Source: the human T2T-CHM13v2.0 reference genome, Homo sapiens. From it: a stretch of DNA of 64,000 bases. Below the pieces are notes generated by a model that was not told the DNA's origin, did not search any database, and saw only the letters and a program-made list of their open reading frames with translations. The position numbers were made by a program, and so were the translations under genes. The stretch is taken from assembly GCF_009914755.1 (NCBI RefSeq), contig NC_060947.1. One strand, written 5' to 3'. Each line of letters begins with the position of its first letter. The first letter of the stretch is position 1. Below are positions 13,266 through 26,379 of this stretch, one piece after another.

Positions 13266-14470
13266 CACCCAATGAGATGACTACAGTTCAGATAATGTGA
13301 TGCACGGGGACAGCAAATGCATTTCTTAAGAAAATATATCGATGTCTCTAGGCTTTAAAGTTGACAGCTATAGACTGTAGCTAAGAATAGCTACAAACAA
13401 AACATCTGCAAGACAAGCTTCTTCTTGGATTTAAACTCACACCTGGAACATACCATCACACTTCTTTGTGTTCTCCAAGAATTGATCTCAAATCAGGTTC
13501 CCTAGGATGAAAAGAAAAATCATCCAATCTTAATTTTTGCCTTCAATTTTATTTGATACAGAATAATATCCAAACTATGTGTATGTTTCAAAGTATCATG
13601 TTATTATGACCCCAAGCTTCTCCACCCTATTTATTTCCCAGTATATTTGTGCTGATATCTTTTATTCCAATCAGGCAAGCCCACCTGTCTCACAGTGCTC
13701 CCTCTTCTGTTTACCCTTCTCAAAGTCCAATCTCAGTAGCAGGAAGCATTTTCTCCCTCCTCTTTGACAACTTCAAATCCCCTGTACTCTGCTGGAGCCC
13801 AGATTAAAATTCACCTCCTTCACAAAGCCTGAAAGCCGGATGAGGGCTTCAGCACTTCCCGGGTTAGGCTTGAACTTCCATAGATGAACTCACCACCCCC
13901 ATCAGTATGCTCTTCCACTGACCCCTCTTAGCGTTTTTTGCACACGTTTGTAATAATACAATGATTAATATGGTCTGTTTCACACGGTCTACTTTATTCT
14001 GTAGAATAAAGGTGTGCCCCCTAAATGTTTGTCAACATTAGTGCTATCAGTCTTTGCTGGAAACCCCTAAAGCGCTGGATTTTTATAACCAGTCTAACTT
14101 GCCTTTTACTCTCACCAGAACCCTGCACTGAACCTTAAACACACATTTCTCAAAAGCAAGATTCCTTCCCTCTTTTGCTTCCCATCCCTTCTAGAAATTG
14201 AGGGGAAACTCTCCCCACTTCAAAGACCTGGTGGGGGAAGTGGCAGGTGGCTGAGGGGCCAGTAAAGAGATGGCGATCAATTAAGGAGGCAAAAAGAGAA
14301 AGTTTGAAAAAAAAAAGTCACGCCCTGAGCGTGGCAAGGAATTCCCATGCCCCAAAGAAAATGGGGAGTGTAGCGCAGGGAGGGTTATGTGCCCAAACCT
14401 GAAATACAAATTGAGGGAAAAGAGGAAAGAGATCACCCAATTCCTGCGGTAAGAATTAGAGTCCAGTCAC

Positions 14471-14830
14471 CGCCTAGGCAAAACCCTGGACGCAAACCCC
14501 AACTTCGGACCTCTGAGGAGGCACAGAGCCAGGGGGAGGGGGGCGGCGTCGTGGGAAAAAAAAAAAGGGGCGGGCGAGTTGGACCAAAAAAAAAAAAAAA
14601 AAAGAGCAAAGACAGCGCGCTCCCGGGCTCAAGAGAACTGGCGCCTAGAGCTCAAAAGCCCACCCCCGACTCCCAGTCCCGATACCCCCTCCCCTGCAGA
14701 GGTGGAGCTGGGTGGAGTTAGGCGCTGAGGACCGCGGCCCCGGAAGCACCCTCCTCCCTAGGCCCCCTCAGTCCCACAGTCCCCAGCCACGGCCACCGGG
14801 GCTTTCTGCCTCTCTGACCTCCAGCTCCCC
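14471..14830 (-). other. Candidate non-coding first exon of a minus-strand gene (unidentified)
   Basis: TSS inferred ~25-30 nt downstream of minus-strand TATAAG; possible donor GCG|GTGACT at 14470 (non-optimal); minus-strand splice signals downstream. Boundaries are inference. Confidence 0.3.
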
Positions 14831-15071
14831 GGCTACCGAAGCGCTAGTCCTTATACAGCCGCGGAAAATCGGGCCGGCGCGGCAGTTCCTGGGCTCGTAG
14901 TGCCCTCGCGGCGCCCCACGCCGCGCCACTCTCTTCCGAAATGCCCGCCTCGCGCTTCCAGGCCTAGACCCGGCACTCTGGCCCAAGGCTGGACTCTCAC
15001 ACACAGGGTGCCCACTGCGGCGTCTCCTATTGGCTACTGGTCACCGGGGAAGCCGGAGGCCCGAGCCCATG

Positions 15072-15280
15072 GCTTCATGGGAAATGTAGTTTGAGGTCGC
15101 TGGAGGCTGTTCTTCCTGGGGGTAACTCGTGTTGACATTGGCAGACAGACACAAGTGAGGACCGAGAATTATGGGAGATGGAGTTGCGGGACACTTATTT
15201 CTCTATACGCACAATTCTTCCCCTCCCCTTCCGATTGTCCCCAGCGTTCAGACGGGGAAGGGTATTCTGGGTATTGTAGT
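15072..15280 (-). promoter_or_regulatory. Three ZNF143/THAP11-type SBS motifs (ACTACAnnTCCCA)
   Basis: GCTTCATGGGAAATGTAGT 15072-15090, GAATTATGGGAGATGGAGT 15166-15184, GTATTCTGGGTATTGTAGT 15262-15280 versus consensus GCATTCTGGGAATTGTAGT. Confidence 0.8.
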
Positions 15281-15951
15281 TTGGGTGCACTGTCTAGAGA
15301 ATCTCTCTTGGGGTTATGGGTTTGTGCTTGTGGGGACAGACGAAGGCTCTAGATTTATTTTCATGTCGGTTAAGCTCTTAGCATTTTGCGGGAAGCACTT
15401 TCTATCGTGATTTGAAATTGTTATTGAGTTTTAAGTGTTTTTCAAAAGATGATGTTTATTCTTTGGTAAGCTTAGAATTTTAATTGAGAGTTATAGTCCT
15501 TTAAAATTGTTAAAGTGTGTTCCTTGTGAACCACCTGCATTAAAATCACTTGAAAGGTATGGAAGAATGTATATATTTTTTTCTAATTGGAAATTATAGT
15601 TCCCCCTGGAAACAGTGTCATAAATAGGCATAGAAATGTGATCTACACCAGCCCAGAAGAAGCCTATTTAATCCATAATGAAGCTATGTTGTTGCCATGA
15701 AAAACAGTGGCCACATAAACTGCTATAAATAACAATTTAGAACAGATAGACAATACAACTTAAGTACAAACGAGTAACTATATGTGTCTTTAAGAAACTT
15801 AACCTTTTGAGTAAAAATATGTTACAAGAGCTGGATAAAGACATAGGTGGGGAATGCCAAGCACTTCCAAGTGACTTAAAGGTTGAGGAAAATGGTTGTT
15901 TATTAGGGCTAATTTCACTCCCAACTTTTGACCTTTTTTTTTCTCTGTTAG

Positions 15952-16065
15952 AGATGAATCCTTGTAGCCTTGTTACAGTTGAATTACTACAACTTCTTGA
16001 TGAGGACAACTTTTCGACTCACGAGTAAAATGAAGGGAAAGACAGGGGAATTGCATTTTGCTGAG
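15952..16065 (+). ncRNA. Candidate 114-nt exon of a divergent (plus-strand) transcript
   Basis: Branch-like ggctaat ~15907, long T-rich tract ending ttctctgttag|, donor GAG|gtaatt at 16066; no convincing protein ORF. Confidence 0.4.
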
Positions 16066-16761
16066 GTAATTGCCCAATATTTTAAAAAGATAAGTGAAGG
16101 AGGAAGACGATTTAATAAATTCAACCATTTATTCAGCATAGTGCTTTGTGCAAAGCTCTGGGCTAGGCACTGTTGCCACAGAATTGGAAAAATAGTCCCT
16201 ACCCTCAAGTAGCTCAAAATCCAGGTGAGGGGAGTTGTAGTAGAGGAGAATCTGGGGGGAGGAATAGATGAGTATACAACGTGCAAAATGCTGTAAAGAA
16301 GTCTACATAGGGTTCTATAGGAACATAGAGGAGGAAGAACTTGTTCTACTTCTGGAGAACTGGTTGAAGAACCAGTAAAATATTTGTCAGATTTGGGGCA
16401 GGGAGGTCAACCATATTCTATACAAAGCATATGCAAAGGCATAAAGGCATGAAAGAGTGCAGAGAACAATAGCAAAAGTTCCATATTGCAGAGACTAGAT
16501 CAGGCAGCAACAAGGGGTCATATCAATTAGTTCATAATTTAACTTGAAAGTGGGAGAGAACCATCAGAGGAATTTTTGTGCTTATATAGTGTTTATTTTT
16601 TAAAGCATATACACATAGAACATACTGGGAACACATAGCTAGGGTATTATGGGGAATCATTCTGGAGGGTGGTAATTGAATTGCTATATTATGTTTTAAT
16701 ACTTTTTATACTTTTAAATTCCTCCAGGAAAATAATTTGCTTTTTTAAAAAAAGAAAAATC

Positions 16762-17086
16762 GGCTGGGTGCCGGGGCTCATGCCTGTAACCCTAGCACTT
16801 TGGGACACCAAGTTGGGAGGATTGCTTGAGCCCAGGAGTTCGAGACCAGCTTGGGCAACATAATGAGACCTTGTCTCTACAAAAAATCAAGAAAATTAGC
16901 CAGGCATAGTGGCGCATGCCTGTAGTCCCAGCTACTCAGGAAGCTGAAGCAGGAGGATCCCTTGAGCTTGGAAAGTTAGGGCTGCAGTCAGCCGATATTG
17001 TACCACTACACTCGAGTGTAGTGGGTGATAGAGCAAGACTCTGTCTCAAAAAAAATTAAAAAATTAAAAAAAGAAAGAAAAAAGAG
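16762..17086 (+). mobile_element. AluJ, full length
   Basis: ggattgcttgagcccaggagttcgag (J-type); TSD aaaaagaaaaatc 16749-16761 and 17087-17099. Confidence 0.92.
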
Positions 17087-17720
17087 AAAAAGAAAAATCA
17101 CCTCATTTCAGCCATAAAAAGGAGTGAAACAAGGCATTTTCAGTATTATGGCCACCAGAAAAACATTGTGTGAATCAAATGCAGAATTTCTTTTCTCAGC
17201 TTTGTCTCCTTTCTTTTTATCTTTTTTTCCATGACTCTTTACTTTGATTTGATCATTGATTTCAAAGTATTTGCAGAGCACCTACTATGTTCCATACACT
17301 ATGACAGGTTTTGGGTTTTAATGGTGAGTTAAAACATGGGTTCCTGTTCATCAAAGTATTTCTAGCAGGAAATGGAATAATCAGATGGAGTTGGTAGATG
17401 TGGAAAGTGAGAGACGGGGAGGAGTCCATTACGACTCCCAAGTTCTGACTTGGAAGACTAAGTGTATGGTAGTACCATTCACTGAGATATTGAACCTAGA
17501 AAGAATAGCAAGTTTTGTGAAGAATAGGAGGAAATCAGTTTTGAACATTTAAAATTTGAAGAGTCTGTGGAACTTTTGGTTGGAGATGCCTGATAGGCTG
17601 CTGAGAAATGCCGGTCGGAAGCTTGGGAGAGAGGTCTTGCTTGGAACTAAACATTTGGGAGACATTAGTATAATATAGAGGGCAATTAAATAAGTGAAAA
17701 ATTGTTTAAACTTTACTTAG

Positions 17721-18026
<306 letters not shown>

Positions 18027-18475
18027 TAGAGAGTATTTAGAATAATAGTTTTTAAAAAGACAAAGATTATGGAATCCTGGAAAATAATGATATTCAAGTA
18101 GCAAGTAGAAGAAGAGATGCCTTCCAAGGAAGCTGAGAGGGAATGCCCAAACAGATGAACCAAGAGAAAACAAAGTAGAATTACTGGCATATATTACAGA
18201 GAGGTCAAGTAGCAGGACAGAATAGTAAGAAGAAATTACTCCTTCATCAATATAACAAGTTTTTATTGAGTACCTATAATGTGCCAGACATTATTCTAGA
18301 TGCTGGGAATAGAGAAGTGGAAAACACATACAACATCCCTTCCCTTTGGAGGCTATATTCTGTTAGGAAGAAGCCATCAACAAACAAGATAAATAATTAA
18401 AATACATAGCTGTGATAAGTAATATTTCTTACTGTGTATGTCACAGCTGTGTATGGCTATTTCTGTATGGTGATA

Positions 18476-18645
18476 TAAATACACACACACACACATATAT
18501 ATATCTCCAATAAGCCATATGGAAATTTTATATATAATATATAAAACATATCTATATCTCCAATAAGCCATACAGAAATTTTATATATAATATATATTAT
18601 ATATAAGCACAAATGTATACATATATTTGTATGTGTATATACAAA
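18476..18645. repeat. (CA)n/(TA)n low-complexity block with a ~45-bp tandem duplication
   Basis: tatatctccaataagccata(tg/ca)gaaattttatatataatatat occurs at ~18500 and ~18553. Confidence 0.85.
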
Positions 18646-18695
18646 CGTGATACTCTTTGGTCTGTTGTTATATAATAAGATGAATTTGTGAAATA

Positions 18696-21600
18696 CTGGC
18701 CCAGGGTCAAACAGTCTGGCTGGATTCAGAGAACAATTAGGAAGTCAAGGTTAGAGCTGTATCCAGAGCCAGTGTAGAGCCCAGGTCAAGGCCAGGGTTC
18801 ATGTGTATAATGTGGAATGTATTTAGCTTCAATCTTTTCTCAGGTTAAGATTTAGTAAGTCTGTAGCTGTTTTTACAGGCCATTGTGGATTCAGGATCAG
18901 AAGACCATCAAACCAAGCTTAGGGTTAAGCCTGATAGCAATATTAGGCCCCAGATTTAGAGCCATGGTTCAGTCTGTGTCACAGATTAAAGTGCATTTCT
19001 GACCACTCTGGACTAACAGCAGCCTCAGGGTGTTAAAGCTCACTCTGAGGCTGCTGTAAGTCTAGAGTGGCCTGGTTTATGAAGTCAAGGTGCAAGATTT
19101 GGGTTCAAATTTTGGCCAGAATTAGGATTTAGTCTGTGTGTAGGAAGAGGCCTCATTCTAAAATTAGAGTTAGGGCTCAGTCTGTGGACCAGACTTAGAC
19201 CACACCCAAGGTTAGGGCTCAGCTCAATGTTTGACTTTAGTTTTTGATCAATGTTGGAATCACTTTCATTTCTAGACTTGAAAGTCAATAAAGGCCAGGA
19301 CCATGGCTCTGCCTGGGATTAGTCTTCATGCTGATGATGTTGCCTAGGAAAAAATGAAGTAAGAATATGAACAGGATTTATGTTCAGTCTTTCTTCAGGT
19401 TAAGTTTCAATTCGTATTCATGGTTAGAGTTTATTCTGGGTCCAATAATTAAGTCTCAGTCCGTGGCCAATGGTAAGGCACAGTCAATGTCTAATATTCA
19501 GTCTGTTGCCATGTTAGGACATTACCTGTCATGTGCCCTAGAGCCTTGTCTCAAACCAGAGTTAGCATTTCATATATGGACAAAATTATGATACAGTTTG
19601 TGGCCAGGATTTCAATGATGAATATGAACAGGATTTGGGATGCATATTTGGCTAGAGTAAGTTCAAGGTGTGGTTTCTGACTTTAGCCAGTGTCAGGATT
19701 CTGTCTTTGTCCATAGCTCATATCAACAATGTTCTATGGAGCTAACTCACAGTGGCCTGTGTTGGCCCTCATTCTGTGGCCAGAGCAGGGCTCAGTCGGT
19801 GACCTGTATTAGCCATTTCAATTTGACCACTATCAGAGTTGAGTCTGGAGGGAGTAATTCCACTATGACTTTATGTAGCATTTGTGTTCACTGAGTATTG
19901 GTGGTAGTGCTATCTGATTAAACTTGTACCAGAGTTTGGGAGTTACCAATAACCAAGGTAAGGCTTACTATGAAGAAGGTTTTAAGGCTAAGAGTGTAAA
20001 CAGGTTTTTTGGATTAGCTGTTGATGTTATTTGTCAGTCAGTGGATAGAGTTGAGATGAGAACAAACAACACATAAAATCCAGATTGAAAGCTTTAGAGG
20101 CTCAGGCTGTAATCAGGGTTTTGGGATCAGGATGTTGCCAGGGTTTGAGTTCAGAGTGTTCATTGCCTGTTGTCAGTCTGGCACTTAGACTCTGGCTTAG
20201 TGTAGCAGGCATTTCGGTATCAGTAGTAGAGTTCAGTCTTTGCTAATTGTTAGTGACCATAATGTGCCCAGTGCCATGGGTACATCTATTCACAATTGAG
20301 GACTAAGTTTGTGACCAGACTGATTGCTCAACCTCCAGCTAGTGCTAGGACTCAGTTTGTGGCCACTAATACAGTGAACTTTGTTTATGGGTTTAAGACT
20401 TGATATGTGACAAAGGTGAGTACTTAGTCTCAGCCTGTTGTTAGATCTGATAATATGAGCAGGATTTTGATTTAGTCTTGTAGGGTCAGGAATCATTTCT
20501 CTAACCAGGCTTAGGGCTTGGCCTTTAGGTCTCAGACTGTGGTGGGACTTACAGTCTTCATCCCAGCTCAGTATTCAGAATGTGGCCAGGAAGAGGGCTC
20601 AGATCTTAGCCATGGTGAGTTCCGTCTGTGCTCAGGGTTAGAATTAAATCTGTTGCAGGGTTTTAGGCCAAGAAAATGAAAAGTATTTGTTTTGTCTTTG
20701 TCTAGTTTGTCCTTCATTCATCTTCAAGGTTTGGGTTCAGTCTCTGCCCAGTGCTGGTGAGCAGCTTAATTTCTGGTATTAGGAATCAGTCGGTAGCCAG
20801 GGTTAAAGTTAAAGTTGTGGTTGAAATTGGGATCCAGTCTCGGGTGAACATTTAGCCAGAGATAGGGTTCAGTCTATCTCAAAAATTCAGGATCAGTCAT
20901 TAGCCATTTGGAGAAATCAGATTTATTTTCAGGTTGAAAGCTCATGTCAGAGGTTAGGCTTATGGGCTCAGTCTGTGATGAGAGTTAGGAATTCAGTCTA
21001 TGGCTAGAGTTAGAGATGCAGTCTGTAACCAGTTAGAAGCTGTAAGGTTTAGGGGTCAAATCAGTGGCCAGTGATAGGGCTCAGTCTGTCCCAGGATCAG
21101 TAGATTATTTCCTGATCAGATTTATGAACCCAGTCTCTGTCCAGGTTTAGAACTTGGGCTTTGAACATGGTTAAGACTCAGTTTGTGGCCATGTTCAGGG
21201 TTCTGTCTATAGTCAGGATTAGGACATATGCTGTGGTCAAAATATTCTCAAGTTTTGTGGAAGATTTGGTTTCACTTCTTGGCCATGATTAAGGCACAGA
21301 GTTGGGACAAGTTTAGAGTCTGGTCTCTGTACATGTTTTCGTCTCTGTATGAGGCCAAGTTTAGTAGTCATTCTGTTGCCAATGTTGGGGTCATTTTCTG
21401 GTTAGTGCTAAGTCTGGGAAATTGTAGCTGGGTTGGTTTCCAAGATCAGATCTCAGGCTGTGACCAAGTTAGAGCCTCAGTCTGTAGTCAGGGCTAGAGC
21501 TCAGTTAGTATCTATGCTGAGCACTCATTTTGTGGTCAGTTCAGGATGTTAAGTATATCCCAGAGTTAGGTCATGCAGTCTGTAGCCTAGTTTAGAGACT

Positions 21601-22053
21601 CAGCCTGGGGACAGACTTAGGGGCTATATCTGATGTTATTTTTGATCCCTGTATCGTGAATTAAGGACTTATACAGTAGCCATAGTTATGGTTCAATAGG
21701 GGATCAGGGTTAGAGATTCAGGTTGGGACCAGTCTTAAGTACTTACTCTTGGGCCAGATGTAGACAGTCAGTATGTAACTAGGCCTAGGGACTTGATTTA
21801 ATCAGGATTAAGACCTTGGAGTGTGGCCAGAAAGTGGCTCAGTTTGTGGATAGAATTAGGGTCTTCATTTGTGGCCAGGGTTAAAGGCTTGGTGTGAAAT
21901 TGGAGTTAAGCCTCCAAGTTCAGAGTTAGGAGTTTAGGCTATGTCTTGGGTTAGGTGTTTGGCTGGTGGTCAGGGTTAAACACAGGATCTGCATTCAGTG
22001 TTGGCAGCTTGCTCTGTGACCAAGCTTAAGAGACTGTTTGCTCAGCCTGTGGT
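18696..22053 (+). repeat. Highly degenerate ~24-bp tandem array (consensus ~AGGGCTCAGTCTGTGGCCAGGGTT)
   Basis: Consecutive 24-25-nt units, e.g. aggatttagtctgtgtgtaggaag / aggcctcattctaaaattagagtt / agggctcagtctgtggaccagactt (19125-19197); recurrent cagtctg, tgtggcca, gggtt; G/T-rich plus strand. Confidence 0.85.
19001..19072. other. Near-perfect inverted repeat / hairpin (32-bp arms, 8-nt loop)
   Basis: gaccactctggactaacagcagcctcagggtg-ttaaagct-cactctgaggctgctgtaagtctagagtggcc; 28/32 Watson-Crick pairs plus 2 G:U on the plus-strand RNA. Confidence 0.9.
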
Positions 22054-22386
22054 GATAGTGATTGGTAATTATACATCAATAAAGTTGTCATAAAAGGTTA
22101 AAAAAGTGGATTCATACAAGTGAAATGGTAGGAATGATGCAGGGAAGAAACCATAAAGAGAGGCCGTTTACTGAATCAGGACCAGCAATGTCCTTGGTGT
22201 CTCAGAATTTTTGCTTAAGAAGGACAGGGCAAGCACATGAGATTGAGAAGAAAGGAAAGAACTGGTGACCAGGGAGCTGGTAACCCTGGGAAGTAGATAT
22301 GTGCTTCTTGAAGGACAGACATTTTTATAAATTGTGGAATTAATGCAAGTTGGAAAACCTTGCAAAAAATGGAAAGTCCCATTTGG

Positions 22387-22855
<469 letters not shown>

Positions 22856-23205
22856 TAAATATCTATGGAATGCATGTTTGTTTTTACTTACATTCTCCCA
22901 TGGAGGCTCATGACAGTCCAATATGATAAGTGTTGTTATCCTCATTATACAGATTTTAAAAAGCTGTTAAGCTAATTAAGAGATTCAAAAGAGCCACACA
23001 GCTAGTAAATGCAGAGCCAGGTTTCAAATCCAGTTTTATCTGACCCCAGTCTACTGTGCTTTTTGCATATGCCACCTGGCCCATATAACATATGTGAGAT
23101 TTACATCTCACCTTGACCCCTTGACTTTGTCAACTTTGTCTTAATTCTTACAGCAACTCTAATTTTTCATCTGGAAAATTGGGATGAGAATAATATTAAT
23201 ACCCA

Positions 23206-23539
<334 letters not shown>

Positions 23540-24884
23540 TAAGATTGTTATGACAATTAAATGAGCCAATACATTGAAAGAACTTGGATTCATCAGGTTC
23601 ATATTATGATGATGCCCTTTTTGGAGTTGAAAAAACATGTTCAGAGAGTTTATTTTCTCAATATCACACAGCTAGTAGGTAGCAGAGTGAAGAGTAGAAT
23701 CCAGATGGGTCCAACTCTCAGTTGAAGGCTTTTGCTGGTTTCTCAGGCTGCTTCTGAATACCTCAGCCTCCAGGAATGGCTTTTGATGGACATTTTGGGC
23801 TTCGGTGCAGAGTGACACAGGGAAGGATTTAGTGGGAAGAATATGTTAGTTTTCCACTGTGTCATTCCCTACAGTGATTTGAACCTGTGAGGAACTGAGA
23901 GAGTGTACAGAAGGGGGCATATCATCATCTCTGTGAGGGTACATGTAGCTTCTAGGGCACCCTCTCCATGAGAATCACTGAGTGTAAAATGTAAGTTCGT
24001 GATAGTGTGTTGTGTGTGTGAAGAGTATGGGGGCAGCAAAAAGGTGGATGACCACTGAGGTAGGCCTCCATGCTTTTCTCTATGCCCAAATATCAGCCTT
24101 GCCAACAGTATTTCCAAGGGACTGTACAGCCAACTTTCCATTATTTCTACCGTCTGCTCTTGGCTTGGCTTGGCTTATCTACATTGTATCTGGCATCTAC
24201 GTCTTTCCCCAGGGAGTCTATATGCTGTGGACAAGAGGGATTGATTATGTTCCTGCCTTCAGTATGGCTAAACAAGCTCCTGCTGGGCCTGTGGGACACT
24301 ATTAAGCAGACCAACGTTGTCATAAATGGAAACTCCAGCAGGATAAGAGAGAGAGAAAGGGGCACAAAGAATATCTGAATGACCAAAAATATCCCAAACC
24401 TGATGGAATATGTGAATCTACATATCTGAGAACTCAACAAAATCCAAATAGACAAACTCAAAGAGACCTATTTTCTGATGCTATGGTTGACGCACATTCT
24501 TTGGCTATAGTATAGCACCTATTCTCTAGTTAAAATCTTGTGCATAATCTCAGTACATGGAAAGAGCAAATCAGAGTGCTCTATTCCAGTCCTTTACTTC
24601 CTGATGCGACTCATGGTCAAAACTTGACCCTGGTATATGCAAAGCTCAAATCCCAAGATCATGTTTTCTGCATCTATAGTAGATACAACTTTGCTTTACG
24701 TGATCCATAACCTTCCACTCAAAGTGATAGGCACTTTTGGGACTTCGGGCTGGAAGACGGGTATAATCTCTGGCTGGAGAAAAGTGAAGACTGGGCCACC
24801 AATTCACAACCAAGGAGGCTTCATCAGGATCTCATTAGTGGGTCTCAACTATTTTTCTTTGCTTTCATTCTTGAGCTACCAGAC

Positions 24885-25187
24885 CATGGGCCATGACCCA
24901 TTATCTATAAATCCAATAATCTCAAAAACCGAAAGTTTTCATAAGTTTACCACCAAAACTCATTAGGTAGCAAAATGTGACCTGAATCAACATAAGGCTA
25001 CTTACAGTCTTCAACCTATTTCTATGAATATTCATTTTGATATAGAAATACTAATGTGTTTGTAACACCTACCAGGGGTATTATAGACCATGTATATATA
25101 CCATATTACCTTTCTAAAATCTCTCAAATAATGAATTTCAGAAAACATCGGCCCCTAAGTGTTTTGTATGAGGAATTTTGGATATGT
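24885..25187 (-). mobile_element. TcMar-Tigger MITE (MER46C-like)
   Basis: ccatattacctttctaaaatct...tgaatttcagaaaacatcggcccctaag resembles the MER46C terminus as recalled. Confidence 0.6.
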
Positions 25188-25519
25188 ATTTCCTCTCCTT
25201 GCTGTCTCATTCTAATGTCACGTTCCTCACTTTATCCCATACCTGGCAACATCTGCCAAGGCCAGGGAATGGGAACACTGAATGCTTTTGCAGTAAAACT
25301 TCATATCATAAAATAAATAATGATGAGTTGAATTAGTATGACAGAGGAGGAAGTGCTAAGAAAAATATCTTCATGTTTTTCCTCCATCGTAGGTTCAGAT
25401 CCAAAAACATATTCTCCCATACCATATTGACAAACTCTCCAAGGTTCTCCACCTAAAGACCCATTTGTAATCCAGCTGAAAACAGACAGGGGTTGGATGC
25501 TAACCTCAAAACCTGATTA

Positions 25520-25531
25520 CTGCTGCTGCTG

Positions 25532-25567
<36 letters not shown>
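25520..25567. repeat. Compound trinucleotide microsatellite (CTG)4(CTA)12
   Basis: Counted directly; sits at the tail of an antisense MIR (~25570-25800). Confidence 0.95.
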
Positions 25568-26191
25568 TTACTTGTACTACTATACTAACATTGAGTACAA
25601 CTTGCCAACTTCTTGTTCTAGAGCTTAGAATCCAAGCTCTTTCAATATATTGGCTCGTGTAATCGTCATAACAATCTTATGAAATGGATACTATTATAAT
25701 TACCATCGAAATTTTACAAATGAAAAAAACGGAAGCAAGAGAGATGAAGTCATGTATTCAAATCCATACAGCTAAGAATTAGCCAGGCAAGGATTTTGAT
25801 GTACCTCGTACTTCCTTTGCATCTTCACTTTATTTTGAAATTGACTTATGGCATAACCTAATGGACTTATAGACAGGGGGAGAAGTATGATGGGCTATGG
25901 GTCTGGGGAGCCAATCACCCATCCTCACCTGCCAGGATCCAATGAGGCTAAGGTGTTTTCATACACATTTTTTTCTATGGAGTCTGGAATGTGGAATTCA
26001 TTATGCAAATTTCTTGATGTGATGATTTGGCTGGAAAAGCAGGTACTATGGAAAAGTTCCCCCACTTATCTCTAAGGACTACTCTGATGTAAAATATTAT
26101 GTGTTGATGAGTATGTTTTTTATTTGCATGCATGGGCATACATTTACATGCATGATTCTGTGTCAGTCAGCATGTATGTGTTAAGTATAGT

Positions 26192-26371
26192 ACATTGGTT
26201 CTCAAGCTTTAGTCTAATCTCAGATACCTGGGTAAAATCACAAATACTCCTGGGTCCTATGCTCAGAGATTCTGATTCAGTTCAGTTGGGGTGGGACACA
26301 ACAGCTTGTTACTTGCACCTGAAGTGATTCTAATACAGGTGGTCTGTGCAGACTACATTTTAAGAACAATG
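26192..26371. mobile_element. MER5-type hAT-Charlie MITE
   Basis: cattggttctcaa...cagagattctgattcagt...gtgattctaat...ttttaagaacaatg with terminal inverted repeats. Confidence 0.75.
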
Positions 26372-26379
26372 GGATCATG

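Larger units (their letters stand above)
14400..15350. promoter_or_regulatory. CpG-island, probably bidirectional promoter
   Basis: Only CpG-dense, repeat-free GC-rich block in the window; plus strand C-rich left of ~14950 and G/T-rich right of ~15050 (skew switch); ETS CCGGAAG ~14740; minus-strand TATAAG 14850-14855; NF-Y AGCCAATAG (ATTGG 15029-15033). Confidence 0.85.

Noticed and set aside
14389-15410. ORFs across the CpG island as a protein-coding first exon; naming the gene
   Set aside because: Low-complexity GC-driven ORFs, several starting at GTG, with no recognisable protein; I could not identify the gene from sequence
18696-22053. CRISPR array or true interstitial telomere
   Set aside because: No identical repeats with unique spacers and the DNA is human; TTAGGG occurs singly within a 24-mer, never as tandem runs
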